Shown here one piece after another: positions 1 to 14,929 of a DNA stretch of 64,000 nucleotides. The DNA lies in assembly GCF_036321535.1 (NCBI RefSeq), contig NC_087455.1, forward strand, positions 930,001-994,000. The letters are read 5' to 3'. The notes beneath the pieces were generated by a model. That model had not been told where the DNA came from. It saw nothing but the letters and a program-made list of their open reading frames with translations, and made no database searches. The position numbers were made by a program, and so were the translations under genes. Each line of letters starts with the position of its first letter. Position 1 is the stretch's first letter. The stretch is from Camelus dromedarius. Taxonomy: Eukaryota.

Positions 1-229
1 TTTCCAGCTCAGCGTCCCGGCCAAGAGGTGAGTGACCCCTGCAGACCCTCCCGAGCCTGAGTCTGTGGGGGATGTAGTCGATCTCTGGAGGGACAAAGAC
101 CACCGCGCCATTCACGAAGAGAGACGGAAAGGACCCCAGGGGTGGGGCGAAGTATCGCAAGAAACACCTGGCTTTGAGTCTCGGCCCTTGGAGGTGAATT
201 TTATCTCCCGTGGGCGCCAGTGAGACCTG

Positions 230-1000
230 GTGGACACGATACACCCTATCCCCAACACAATGAGGGAAAGGCCCCAGAGGTCTGGAGTAGGGGCGCGGCT
301 CAGCCCGCCTCCAGGCCGGGCACCCTCCTCGTCCCACGCGCCCTTTAGCCTTGGGCGCCGAACAAGCCCGAGGAAGCAGAGGAGACAAAGTCCCCTCCTG
401 CCGCTAATCCCCGCGGGTCAGAGGCGAAGCCGAGAAGCCGCGGCCGGGCTCCAGCGGGAGCGCAGAGGTGGAAGGTCCCGGCGGGGCAGGGGCGGACTGG
501 GAGGGGGGCCGGGGGGAGGGCCAGGGGGAGGGGCGGGGAGGGGTGGAGCCGAGGCTGGGCGTGGCCCGGGCAGGACCAGGGCTCGGGTTGGGGTGGGGGC
601 GCGGCTTCCCCCTGGGCTCCGCGATGGAGTCCACCGTGATTGCGTAATCCGGAATTGCAGAGCTGGGAAGAAGGACGTCTCGAGGAACCTGGAGACCGAG
701 AACAAGACGCTCGCCACATCTCTTTTAGGGGGGAGGCATTATGAGCTTTAACGCGAGGACAAGTCGCCAAGAATTCCGGGAGGCCGGGACGGCTTAAAAC
801 GTAAAAACCTCCGTCCATCGGGTGCCTCACTTCGAAACAAACTAAAAGGCCAAGGTCGACCCAGACACTCCCGCGACAGATGTGTGCTGAGCACAAGCCC
901 GGAGGGGCAGGGGAGACTTGCAGCCGCGGCGTGGTCTGGGAGGGCACTGGGTCCGAGACTGCTGAGGACCGGCCCGGCCATGTGAGCAGGTCCCCATCGC
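230..1000. promoter_or_regulatory. CpG-rich island ~1.7 kb upstream of CCDC166
   Basis: Dense CpG and GC boxes; near-palindromic bZIP (C/EBP/PAR-type) site GATTGCGTAATC at 638-649; only low-complexity ORFs. Confidence 0.55.
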
Positions 1001-2664
1001 TCGCAGTCTCAGTTTCTCAGTCCGTTAAATAGGGACAGTATCCTCAGGTGGGCCTGAGGGTGGAGAGTGCGGGTAGCCCCTGGGGGCAGAGAGATCCTGG
1101 TCTGAAATGCCAGGCCTGGAGAAGGAGACAGCCCACATGGGCACGGTGGAGCCCCCTGCAGGGTCACGGGCGATGCTTCTCCTGGTTCTACTTGGTCTTT
1201 TCCCAGTCTTCTGTAAGAAGCCTGTATCATTTAAGGCCAACATTCATGCTGTTTTAGTTTATGAATCAACATTTCTTTTAAATTTTTAATGTTAAAGCAA
1301 ACGGGAATTCTGCATTGTCTTTCATGCATTGTAAAAAAATTTTTTTTTTTTGCAAGGGGGAAAATACCTCGTGTTCCTAATTTTAAGAGGCTCTGCCACA
1401 TCTTTAGGGCAGGTGTAGCAAGTCCAGGCACAGGAGCGAAGCCCAGGCTCTGAAATCAACCTCCTAAGATAGTTTTCAAGACAAGCCTTCCTACAAATGT
1501 TTTTTCCTAAGCTGTGCTCCGCACAAAGTTACAAGTCAATAATCTTGAATCTGTTCATATTGTAGCAAATGTGGACAGACCTGGACAGAAACGCAACTAT
1601 ATGATGACAGGGCCAAATTCGTTGTAGACTTGTTTCACTGCAAAGGCTGTCTGGAGGCACCTGTTCCAGAGGCATCTGACAGGATGGGAGGCTGGACCTG
1701 GCTGCTGGCGACTGAAAAAAGGGAGGGTTTAGGATGTTGCTTCCCCAATATCAACAGCAAAAAGATCCATAGCCAAACCCTGAAGCATCGCCTACCCCTG
1801 CCCCCCGACTCCACCATGCCGGCCTGCTGGGAAGGGAAAGAAGCGAATCACGGCAGGTGGGTGGGATGAGCTGAACAGATGACCCCTGTGCGGGCATCGG
1901 ACGGAGCCTCTGAGAGGAGATCCCAGAGAGAAACACACTGGACAAAGGGATGACATCCAAATGGGCCCGACCTCCCCAGGAGCCCTCACCCCACGAAGGC
2001 CTCCAGAAGGAAGCAATCACATAGAAGTGCTTCAAGGAAAACTAGGGTCCCCTGAGAGAGGAAAAGATGTGGGGAAGAGCTCTGTCCTGACAACAAATAG
2101 GGAGATTTCACACGTGTGTGTGGTGCGAGAGGACAGGAACTTGGCGAAACTCCCCACATGGGGATGACTGGGTGTAGAGGCCAATGGTGGACAGATTGCA
2201 AAGGGTCCAAGTCTGGCACGTGGAGAGTGGGGACTACTGCCGTGGCTGGGTCTGTTAGATTCCGGAGCAAGTCCAGCATCATCTGCCGGGGGGAAGCCGA
2301 AGTCCTGCCCATCTGGGATCCATCTTCTTGCAGGACACGCACACAGGCCGTCACTCACCGACTTCCAGTGAGGGGGCTGGGGGAAGGGAAGAAGGGGACT
2401 CGGGCCGTTGCCCAAGCAACGAGGTGGGAGTGGGGGAGGGCGACTAAGTTCTGTTTCCATGGAGACTGTGCTGGCTGAACGGCAACACTACTAAAGGTGG
2501 TCCAGACGGTGATGGAAGGCCAAGGAGCCCACTAGTAAAGGCTGGCGACGATGCCCTGACCCCTGATTGATCCCAAACCCCTGATTCTGCCTCCCCCAAT
2601 CTCGTGACCCTGAGACGCGTCCAACTCCGCCAGAATATTCGGGCTGGGGGAGGGGAAGGGCTGA

Positions 2665-4224
<1,560 letters not shown>

Positions 4225-4305
4225 ACCTCCCTGAAGAAAGGCCAGTGAGGCCAGACGGTGGGGGGAGAGGGGTGTGCAGGACGCAGATTTGGTGAGTGGA
4301 TTATC

Positions 4306-4311
4306 AATAAA
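4306..4311 (+). terminator. CCDC166 polyadenylation signal AATAAA
   Basis: 82 bp after the stop codon, followed by GT/T-rich sequence. Confidence 0.7.
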
Positions 4312-4800
4312 GGTGTGACCCCCTCCACCTTACCCTCTCTGGCATCACCTACTTCACTGTCCAGCATTTCCAGCCAGTGCAGGGGCCACTCATTATGGCT
4401 TCTAGTTTCCAAGCCTGTAAGGCAGCTTGATCGTTCATCGCCCTGTGTGTCTGCCAAGACTCAGCATTCCCCCACTCCACAGCTGACCTCCGGCTGCTCT
4501 GGCAGGGGCAGAGGAAGTTGGCCACACCAGCGTCCTGCCCACGAAGGCTGACAGTCTGGTGGCAGAGATGGACATCGCGAGCATGGACAGGGCATGTAAC
4601 AGCAGAAAAGGCGTCCAGCAGGCCAGGGAGAAGCTGGCCTGCGGCATGTCGTGGCTGAGAGCGCCAGCGTGGGGCCAGCTGCTCAGGAGAGCCATTGGGA
4701 GGGGTGTGCCTTTGCTCTAGCGGCACGAAGAGCCACAGGAGTCTTTAATGTTTAACCTGTTGGGGGTAAGTTTTTCCTTTTTCTTTTTGTAAACCTTGGT

Positions 4801-4900
4801 TTGGTGGGGGTAATTAGGTTACCTATTTATTTAACGGAGGTACTGGCAACTGAACCCAGGACCTCGTGCATGCACTCTACCACTGAGCTATACCCTCCCC
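4801..4900 (-). mobile_element. tRNA-derived camelid SINE (Vic-1-like)
   Basis: Reverse complement reads GGGGAGGGTATAGCTCAGTGGTAGAGTGCATGCACGAGGTCCTGGGTTCAG...TACCTCC followed by an A-rich tail. Confidence 0.85.
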
Positions 4901-4904
4901 CGGG

Positions 4905-5225
4905 AATAATTTTTTAATTTTGATATAATTTACAACCTAGAGAAAAGTAACACATGGAAATCCCATATACCATTTATCCAGATTCCACAGCAGTTTGTGT
5001 TCTGCACCTTGGTTGTTTCTGTCTGTGCATTTTTTCCTGAGACATTTTAGATTAAGTTCGAGAGGCTTGCCCCTTCACAGCTAAATCCTTTAGTGTTTCC
5101 CAAGCACAAGGACATCCTACCACACTCCCGCAGTACAGTGATCCCAGTTAGGAAACTTGGTATGGGGAATATAGTATTAGCTAATCCATAGCTCACGTTC
5201 AAATGTCAGTTGTCCCAATAGTATC
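4905..5225 (-). mobile_element. Old L1 (L1MC-like) 3' fragment
   Basis: Resembles the L1MC 3' UTR (ttttaattttgatataatttac...cccatatacc...ttcccaagcacaaggacatcctacc). Confidence 0.5.
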
Positions 5226-5899
5226 CTTTGTGGCCTCTCCCTCTGCCAGGGCCCTGCATCACATTCAGTTGTCAGTCCCAGTGCGCACAGGCCAGTTATT
5301 ACGGTGTCCCTCAGGTATGGTTTGCACTCATCCACGGCTATATCGGGGAGGTGGAGCGTGGGGGAGGCCAGGCCCCACCCACCCTCAGTGCCGGCCGAAG
5401 GGGTAGGGACTTGCCCAACACAGAGCAAGGTTTTTAAAAACGCTAGGTCTTCAGACTGGAGTGCTGGGTTGCAGAGCCTGACCAGCGAGATGGTTTCCTG
5501 TCGGGGTGGTGCCCATGCGGTGGGCGCAGACCCAGAGGGACCCTCGGGGCTCTGCAGGGCCAACACTCCACCGTGGACCACGGACTGCACACCCACGTGG
5601 CAGGCCTGGGCCTGGTGGAGGGAGGAGTTCAGATCACAGGTTTAAAACGGAGCTCCCCCGTTCTAGAGTGAAGATAATTTATTAGCCAATAGAAATTTTA
5701 AATAATATGGAACTTGCACAGAAGGCTGCTCACGTGCCTTATTTTTTTTAAAGAGGTTTATTGTATTCATTTGCATTTGCAGCACAAGCAATAAAGCACA
5801 CAGGCCCTTGTAAAAACAAAACAAAACAAAACAAAAACGGAGCTCCTGTTCATGACCTGTGTACCTTGATGGCCCTCCCACTACCCTCCTGGTGAAAAT

Positions 5900-6920
5900 T
5901 TAGCTAAATGTTCTCGATCTGGGTTGGGAGAGTTTGTAGATGACTGGAAGCAGCAAACAGATTCTCTTGGAAGAGTTCACTTGAAACCCAGGATGGTAAA
6001 AGTTTCCATAACCATTTCTCTTTAAAAGGAACTAGGGCTCTTGTGAGATTTGGGGAAGGAAATAATACAAATTGAGTCCAGAACATCTTGCATCTTGTGC
6101 CAGAAAGCAAGATTGTTCCCAGAGAGAGAGCTGTCAGGACAGAGTAGGGTGAAGGGTCCTGATGGGCCAAGCCAACAATTTCATCATCAAAAAGAATGCA
6201 CTGAGTAGAAACACATAAGATATACAAAATGCATGAGTTTAAAGTACCGTAAGACCCCACTCCACTGGTCATCTTGAAGGTTCCTAGCACAATAATCCAG
6301 TATTCTGAAAATTAGTAAATGAAGAATCACATCCATTCTGCCTTTCCCATATGAACTGAATTTCAGGATAAACAAATTGTTGGTGAAGGAAAGTTATGTA
6401 CAGAATTCCACCTATAAGTGCAGAAAAAATATTTATGTCATAATGGTTGCTAAAGCCTATTGGTGAAAGATTAATGAGGATAACAGATGGCTCCAGCTGA
6501 TCTCCTGAGCCCCTGAATGACCTTAACTTTGCTAAGAGTGAGACACTTACGTGCGTCTGCACTGTGCAACTTACAAAACATTCTCAACTAGAAACAAAAC
6601 TGGGGGAGAGTATAGCTCAGTGGTAGAGTGAGGTCCTGGGTGCAATCCCCAGTACCTCCATTTAAAAAAAAAAAAAGAAACAAAACTCTGATAATAATCA
6701 AGCTTCTAGCTCTAACTATGTATACAAAATATAGGGGACAGAGGAACATGTTAAAAGACAGTTAGGATGTAATCATCCTATCCTCTATAAGGCAAATGAC
6801 TTTTTTTCCCCCAAAAAATAAATGGCAAGGAATTTTAAAAGGGGGGGGGTTCTTAACAATTGACAGACTAAGACACATTTCCACTTAATGCAACTTGTGG
6901 ACCTTGTTCAAACCTTTATT
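5900..6920 (+). mobile_element. Old L1 (L1MD/ME-like) 3' UTR fragment
   Basis: Segments such as ggttgctaaagcctattggtgaaag...ccttaactttgctaagagtgagaca and gacagactaagacacatttcc...tgtggacctt resemble L1ME 3' ends. Confidence 0.5.
6602..6676 (+). mobile_element. Vic-1-like SINE with internal deletion
   Basis: GGGGAGAGTATAGCTCAGTGGTAGAGTG-AGGTCCTGGGTGCAATCCCCAGTACCTCC followed by poly(A). Confidence 0.8.
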
Positions 6921-8739
6921 TTAATTTGTTGTGTTAAATCAATAGATTTAGATAGAGTTTCTTGGTAATTATGAAGCTACTGAAGAGCAGCATATTCCAC
7001 ACTTCCTGTTCCCAGGCACTCTTCCCAGCATCTGGCACACCACTCTCTCCTGCCGAGACAGCCCCTGTCCTCAAGACCCTCCAGCCCATGACTTTCCATG
7101 AAATAGCTCCCTGAGAGACATCACCCAGAGTAGGCAGTTGTCAATTTCTTTGTAGTTCTGTCATTTTTACTTTATGTATTTGAAGCAATTATTAGTTGCA
7201 TACAAGTTTAGTACTAGCTCTTTTCTGTGAATTGACTCGTTTACCAGTTTGCAGTGTTCCTTGCCTCTGCCCACAGCCTGCTCCAGCTTTCTTCTCGTTT
7301 TGTCTTGCACACCCCTTTCTATGGGTGTCAGTTTCATACTTCAGATGTGTCCCTAGAATCAGTATAAATGGTTCTTATATTTTAGAATACAGTCTGACAA
7401 TCTTTGTCTTTTGACTGGAGTGTAGTTATTTTACATGGGTTGATTTACGGTATTCATGGAAGTTTTTTTTTATCAGTTAATTTTTTACTTACTGTCTCCT
7501 TTCTCTGTGTTTCATTTGAACCCCTCCTTCTCCTTTCATTTCTCTACTTGTGTGGAAATCACACTCTTCTCTGTTAGTGGTCACCTAAGAAATGTTAACA
7601 AGCACATTTAAGTTTATAATTCATGAAGATAATATTATTACCCTCCTCCCAACCCTCAGAATGCTTTAAATTTCCATCATACCTTCCTGACTTAGAACCT
7701 ATTGATAATAAGATTTTAGTTCTGCTTTGCCTTTTGTTAACCCACAAATTAGACACTGTTATTCTTTATGAAAATTTATCCACCTGCATACTTACCATTT
7801 AGGACATATCTGTGTGTATGTTATGCTTTGATTAAAAAAATTTATTTTAAAAATCCTGCTGGGCTAGTTCTGGTAGTTCCTCATTCCCTGCATGGCTTTC
7901 CGGCATCTGCTGCTGAACAGAGAGCTCAAACTCAGCCCTCGTCTGCCCCATCAGGCTGCCTGCCACCCCGACAGCGGCTATGGGGATGGAGGAGAGCATG
8001 GCCTTGAGGCTGGGCCACATGGGATACCAGTCCCAGGGACACATAGCAGCAGAGGGGGTGGGATGGCCCTAATGGGCACCTCCAGTCTAAGCCCCTCTCA
8101 GACCACTCTCTTCTGTCCCCTGCTCACTGCTCTGTGGTTCCTGCCCCATGTAACCACTGCTCACCACGCAGGCGCCATGGGGGCTTTCCCGATGCCACCC
8201 AGAGACCCTCCCTAGGATTTCCAGGCCAGTGTGGTGAGCAGGACCACAGCAAGCCCACCCACAACCTTGCTTTGTCACCTCCCGCAAAAAGCCACTGACC
8301 CTGCTTAGCTTCTGGTCACCTCAGCAGGGGCAGGGTGCCACTGGACAGGCCCCCTCAGAGGGTGCAATGAGGACTCAGGTGAGAGCAGCACCTCCGGGGG
8401 TTCAGTGAACCAGGCCAGGCTGGGCTAGGGTGGATGCTGACACAGACTGTGGCTGGAGAGCAGGGGAGTGGGTGGCTGTGTGGTAGGCAGGGCACAGGGC
8501 ACCCTGTGGGTACAGCGACCCAGCCTGCAGAGGAAGGCTGCACGTGCAGGGAGGGAGACGACCTGGTCCTCCCTGCCTTGGCCTGCATTGTCCCTCTGCA
8601 AAGAGCCCGCTGGCGCAGAGAGGCCTGACCCTGGAGCAAGAGTGGAGATGGGGATGAGGGGGACGGCTGGACACCAGAGCAAGTAAAGGGCCCTCACCAT
8701 CAGGCTAGCCTGGATCTTTGTGACTGAAGATCCAAACAT

Positions 8740-9560
8740 TGAACAAAAAGTGAACACATACCTGTTAGAATGGCTGAAGTCCCAGAGGCTGACACCACCA
8801 AGTGCTAAGGAGGAGATGGGGCAACAGGAGCTCCCATTCACTGCTGGCGCGGGAACACAGAATGGTGCAGCTGCTCTGAAAGATAGTTTGGTGGTTTTTT
8901 ACAAAATTAGCATAATCATACAACAGGACCCAGCAATCACACTCCAACCCAGAGGAGCTGAAAACTCATGCCCACACAAAAACCTGCATACAGATGTTTA
9001 TAGCAGCTTTATTCATAATTGCCAACGCTTGGGAGCAACCGAGATGTCCTTCAGTAGGTGAGCAGATAAATGATAGTCCAACCAGAAAATGGAATATTAA
9101 TCAGCATTAAAAAGAAATGAGCCATCAGCCATGAAAAGACATGGAGGAACCTTAAATGCACATCACAAAGAGAGAGAAGCCCACCTGAAAAGGCTGCTTA
9201 CTGTGGGATTCCCACTCTGACTTTCCGGAAAAGGCAAAAACACATGGTGACAGTTGAAAGACTGGTGATGCCAGGCACTGAGTGGGGACGATGCTACATG
9301 GTGGATGCGTGTCTGTGTATTCATCCAGACCCACAGAATACAACACCAAGACAGACCCCCAAGGCAAACCATGGCCTTTGTTAACCACGCATCAGTGCTG
9401 GTACATCAGCTACTACAGACGAGCCACACGGAAGTGAGATGAGAAGCGCGGGGTGGGGTGCTGGGGAGGCTCTGGAAATCCATACTTCCTGGTCAATTTT
9501 TCAGTAAACCTAAAGCTGCTCTAAATGTACAGCCTATTAGTTTTTTTTTTTTAAGTAAAA
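8740..9560 (+). mobile_element. Old L1 (L1MA/MB-like) ORF2 end and 3' UTR
   Basis: acctgttagaatggctg...gacccagcaatcacactc...cagatgtttatagcagctttattcataattgcc...atgaaaagacatggaggaaccttaaatgca. Confidence 0.7.
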
Positions 9561-9649
9561 ACATTAAAGTAGTGGAATCCTTTTATGATTCTGAGGAGTA
9601 GAAAGCCACTTTTTAATGTTAACCACTACATATAAAAATAGATTAAAGC

Positions 9650-9831
9650 CAAATTTCTACTGTGTAGCACAGGGAACTATATTCAGTATCTTGTAACAAC
9701 TTTTAGTGGGAAAGAATATGAAAATGAATATATGTATGTATATGCATGACTGGGGCATCATGCTGTACACCAGAAGTTGACATACTGGTTTTTTTTTTAA
9801 TTAATTATTTTATTTATTTATTTATTGATTT

Positions 9832-9869
<38 letters not shown>

Positions 9870-9970
9870 GGTACTGGGGATTGAACCCAGGACCTCATGC
9901 ATGCTAAGTACACACTCTGCTACTGAGCTATATCCCCCTTGACACATTGTAACTGACTATAATTTTTTTA
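9650..9970 (+). mobile_element. Artiodactyl-type L1 3' end interrupted by a SINE
   Basis: ctactgtgtagcacagggaactatattcagtatcttgta...tgctgtacaccagaagttgaca [SINE] cattgtaactgactata. Confidence 0.7.
9789..9938 (-). mobile_element. Vic-1-like SINE with (GATT)n tail, nested in L1
   Basis: Full SINE body in reverse; degenerate 12-bp TSD TTGACATACTGG (9777-9788) / TTGACACATTGT (9939-9950). Confidence 0.85.
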
Positions 9971-10399
9971 AAAAGCCAGTCTTTAACAAGAAAGAAAACT
10001 CCAAGGCATAAAAGAAAAGATTATAATAGGAAAATCAACATGAAAAGCATTATGGTAAAATATACTATAAATTAGAAGATAAATGACAATTTGGAAAAAA
10101 TATTTACAGCGACCAAATAGACAAAACATAACTTTATAATAAACTATAAAGAAAAAGAGCCAACGAAAACCTACCGGAAAAAGCAGGCACTAAAGAAGAA
10201 ACCCAAAGCCAGTGCACATCGGAGAAGAGCAGCTGCCCGGGACACAGGGCAGTGCCAGCGACAGCAGGGCCCAGGGAGGGAGGGCCCCCCCGGGCGGGGC
10301 GGGGCGCCAGCCTGCTGAGCCTGAGCGCGTGGCCGCCCCACCTCCCTGGCTGTCTGTTCCTGATGAGTTAGTTCTTCCAGGAGTCTGTTCTGCAAATAT

Positions 10400-10745
10400 G
10401 CTGTGGACTGGATTGTGTCCCGTGAAAGATGCTTAAATCCTGACCTCAGAATGAGACCTGACTTGGAAACAGAGTTGTTGCGGATGTCATTAGCTGAGAT
10501 GAAGTCACCGTGGAGTACGGAAGGCCCTAATCCAATCGGACTGGTGTCCTTACAAGGAGTCAGAGACGCACAGGGAAGACCCACGATAACCGAGCCAGAT
10601 ATGAAGCCACGTGGCCACGAGCCAAGGGATGCCAAGGATGGCCGTACCACCAGGAGCTGAGAGGCAGGTTTCAGAGGTACACCACTGGGCCAGTTCCTTG
10701 ACCTCACACTTCTGGCCTGTAGAACTGAGACAGATTTCCGTTGTC
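10400..10745 (+). mobile_element. MaLR solo LTR (MLT1-like)
   Basis: tgtggactggattgtgtccc...cagaatgagacctgacttggaaac...ggccctaatccaat...actggtgtcctta...cttctggcctgtagaactgagaca. Confidence 0.75.
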
Positions 10746-11128
10746 TTTTATTTTTCCTTTTTCAGTCTTATTTTGTAGAATTTAATTACAGTTTGACTGC
10801 ACATACACATTATATTGCATGTAAATACATATATACAGTATACTGCACTTTTTTTTAGTTTATATATATGTGCTAATTGTTTCTAAGAACAGATTAGATC
10901 TTTAGCTTTTTAAACTTACATACTTATCAAAGGAATAAAGCCAACTACAAAATAAGAATCAACAGAATGTGGTAACTAATCATAAAGGACAGTCAAATGT
11001 GCTGACACAGATTCAAGAAATCAAAATAATAGTTCATTTGTGTCCTTATTATTATTGTTATTATTTTTTAGATTCTTCATATAAATTATGTCATATGGCA
11101 TTTTTTTCTTTCCAGCTGACTTCACTTA

Positions 11129-11296
11129 NNNNNNNNNNNNNNNNNNNNNNNNNNNNNNNNNNNNNNNNNNNNNNNNNNNNNNNNNNNNNNNNNNNNNNNN
11201 NNNNNNNNNNNNNNNNNNNNNNNNNNNNNNNNNNNNNNNNNNNNNNNNNNNNNNNNNNNNNNNNNNNNNNNNNNNNNNNNNNNNNNNNNNNNNNNN
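11129..11296. other. Assembly gap (168 N)
   Basis: Run of N bases. Confidence 1.
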
Positions 11297-13069
11297 TCTA
11301 TGAACACTGGGGTGAATAAATTTCTGTTGGCTTCAGCCACCCAGTTTGTGGCACTTTTGAGGTACATTTGGGGTATGGTTGTCCCAGGAGACGGATACAA
11401 CCCACTCACACAAACAGACGTCAGAGTAAAATTGTTCGGTGCAGGAAGAGGCCGTCCACAGTCCTGAGCTATGGAAACCACGAAGCTATTAAGAGCAGGG
11501 AGGGACGAGGAGGCTCCTTGAGAGGCGGACAAAATACATGAGCAGAAGGACGTGGAGGGTGTGGTTCCACTACTTTGAGGGAAACAAGCCAAAATCATGT
11601 GCTCACTTTCAGGGCCCTAGACAAGCACTCGAGGACACACTCGCTGTCAGCAGACTATCCCTCTGGCCTGAGGACCAGGTGGGGGGATCTAGTCTCTGCT
11701 GTTTCCCAGGGGGATCCTTTGTTTAGTGTGAGGCTTATATTGACCTGTAACTTGGAATAAATTTCACTAAAACAACGTGAACTCGGCTCTCTTTTCCAGA
11801 TAAAGTTGCCTAATTTATTGGTCAAGGGAATGAGGACCTCACCCCTCCCTACCCCCACCCAGGGGAAGGTCTACACTTTTCACGCTGGCAGTCAGACCAC
11901 AGGGACTCCTGGGGAGGGGGGTTCAATAGGTCACAGACAGGGACGAGGTAGCAACAACACACCAGCTTGGGTGTTCTGCACCCCAAGTGGGAAGGTGTGG
12001 GATGCTGTGCTCTGTGGGCCAGGTCCCGAGAAGGCTGCTGGGCGAGTCAGGGAGAGAACGTGTGTGAGGGCGTGGACTCCCCACAGCACCAGGGCCCAGA
12101 CCTGGGACGAGACTCAGCTGTCAGTCTCCAGCGGCACACCTGTCCTGTCCCAAGGTGACTCATATATCCTCTGCCCCAGATAAATACAGATAAAGTGGCA
12201 GCTGGGGCAGCAAGCTGCTGGCCAGGTGCACCTGCCCTGAGAAGGCTGGTACACCTTATGGGACACCTACCTCAAGGACCCCACCACTCTGCCCCTGGGG
12301 ACATGGCAACAGGGCACTGGCAGTGCAGACCTTATGGTGTCTTCACATTTCTTCACTACCACGCCTCTCCTTCTAAGGTGTCAGGATGGCAGCGTGTCGT
12401 CAGGAACAACGTGCAAGTGCACGCGGAGGCCGCTGTGTCCCTCACCGCCTGCCAGCTGCCGCTCCCTCAAAGCCATCTCCACCGGCGCCCGCAGAGCCAG
12501 GCACAGAGAAAACTGCAGTCTGGGACTAACCAGCCAGCACAGGGGAGCCGGTGTGCTTGCTGTGCAGCGGCCGCCAAGCGCTAGGGTAACCTGCTGGGAT
12601 CCATCCATAATCATCGGCAGGTGGAATGTAGTTAATTTCGTGATTCTGAATTGTTCACATTTAACCCCACATGGTCACAGCAGGAGGTAAAAGCATCGTG
12701 AAGGATTACAAACCAGAACCAGTGACCCAGCCCCTGGCCAGCTGATCCTGCAGGACGAAGCTGTCTCTGTAGTGCTTATTGTCCAAGACCGGCCATTCAC
12801 ACTTGCGCTGAAAGGCCCCCTGAGGGCCTTCACAACTCCACGTGCTGGCTGGGAACAAACTAGCCACTGTCCTGCCCACAGCTCTGAACTGGAAGAAAAA
12901 CACAAGCACTGGTGCAAAGATTTGGATTCTATAAACAAAAGAGAAGCCACGTGGATGCTCCAGTGGGGAGATCTGTTTACTCTGGAGGGCCCTGGGCTCC
13001 ATGCTCGCGTGGCCTCAGTGGCCATGACTGTGTGACCCCCTCCCAGCTGGTCACTGACCCAGAGAACTG

Positions 13070-13435
13070 CTGCTGCAAACTGAATTGTTTCCACCCACCT
13101 CCAAACAAAATCCAGTGTGAAGCCTTAACCCCAACGTGGTGGTGTTTGGAGGTGGGGCCTTTGGGTGCAATAACGTCATCAGGGTGGGGCCCCATGGTGG
13201 GACAGAACCCTTAAAAAAGGAGGAGACACCAGGGCTCTCCCTCCCTCTGCCACGTGAGCACATAGTAAGAAGGCGTCGTCCGCAAGCCAGAAAGTGGATC
13301 CTCCTCAGAACCTGGCTGTGTTAGCGCCCTGATCTCACACTTGCGGCCCCAGAGCTGTGAGGAATACATTCCTGTTGTTTGTTTAAGCCTCCTGGTTTGT
13401 GTGTATTGCCATGCAGGCCGAGCTGACTGACACAG
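13070..13435 (+). mobile_element. MaLR solo LTR (MLT1A/B-like)
   Basis: ctgaattgttt...gaagccttaaccccaacgtggtggtgtttggaggtggggcctttggg...gccctgatctcacacttgcggccccagagctgtgaggaatacattcctgttgttt. Confidence 0.75.
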
Positions 13436-14929
13436 ACCCAAACATGACCTAATGGCTATTTCCAACCTCCTTCAGTATGTATTAATGACCTTAAAATATA
13501 AATACCCTGTGAAATAAAATTCAAACATACTCATGACCCAGCTTCAAGCAACTCGTTTGCCAGTATTTTTTTGTTTCTTCTTTTTATAGAATTGTAAAGC
13601 AAATCCCTGACATCATGCCATTTCACCCATAAGTGTGTCGGAATGCATCCTTAATAAGGACTTCTAAAAACAGAATCACCATTATCATCACAAAGTCCTT
13701 AATACCAAGGTCACGTTCAAATGTCCATGATTGTCTCGAAAATGCTTTTTGTAGCTGGTTTGCTCAAATTGGGGTGAGAGGTCCCTCAATGCAGTGCCTC
13801 TGGCGCTCTGCTAGCCCTTCACAGCCCCAACCTTTTCTCTCCGGAATTCTTCAAAAACAAAACAAAATCAAAATCCTTCACCAGTTATTTAGATAACCTG
13901 CAACAGCACTCATACAGGAAGGGGGTCAGGTGTCCTGTCCCCTGACCAGTTCTCCGAGTGAGAGCTGGTGCCCTTGTGAACCCCACTCAGCAGGTTTTGG
14001 GGCTGCACGAGAAAACATGCCTCAGGTTTAGAACAAAGAGGTCTTGGCCACCCCAGCGCCATGACACTGGCAGCTGCTGCGGGAATTATAAAGCCACAAC
14101 AAAGAGGTCGCCTCTCCCCACAAAACCCTGTAGTGAACACGGCTACCTTAAGAGCCAACTTCAGGTGCCGATTCAAGGTCCAGGGCCAGCTCCCAAGGCT
14201 CTTCAGATGGTGCTGTCAGGGGTTCTGTGACAGACAGTCCTGGCCACAGTAGCAGAAGCGCCAACTGTTCTTCTGACCTCACCTGATATTCGACTCATCT
14301 GTGCTCTTGGGAGCAGCAGGACTGGGCAGACCTCTAGCGCTTTTCCCACGATCTGCGGACGTCTGGTCACATGACACGGGGAGAAAAGTCTTCCCAAACT
14401 GCATGTGTTCAGGAATAGAAATAAAAGACACAATGCTATTTTACCAAAGATGGACTTTACCAAAATTAAAAGTTTTTCCTTACCAAAAGACAGTTAAATG
14501 AAAAGGCAGGCCACAGACTGGGAGAAAATATCCGCAGTACGTGTATCTGACAAAGGGCTCACATCCAGCACTAGAACACCTACCAACCAGTAACAGAAAG
14601 AAAAATGAAGCTTAAAATGGACATAATATTTGGATTCTCTCACCAAAAGATGTACATGGCTTATAAACACACGAGGAGGTACACTGGGCACAGGCATTTC
14701 GGGCAGCGCTTAGCAGGAGAACCCGAGCTCCTCCAGCCACTGATCACAGCGATAAAACAAGAACGGCTCCCTGGACTGGGCATCCACTACGTGTTCCAAC
14801 GGCTGCACTTGGCCGACTGAGAGAGGACTGTGTGAGGCACGGCCAGAAGAGCGGGCAAGGGTACCCAGGGCATCCTGCGCCATGGTTTTACAGGAAAGGC
14901 AGGAAAGGTCTAACGTAGACCTTTGTGGC

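Noticed and set aside
1-2600. MAPK15 first exon expected by synteny
   Set aside because: No kinase N-terminal sequence found on the minus strand; probably outside the window.
13900-14420. Zinc-finger-like words (GKAL, RHLK, QNLL..VHKG, TGRK) as possible ZNF707 remnants
   Set aside because: No C2H2 spacing, mixed strands, and too close to the promoter; compatible with chance.
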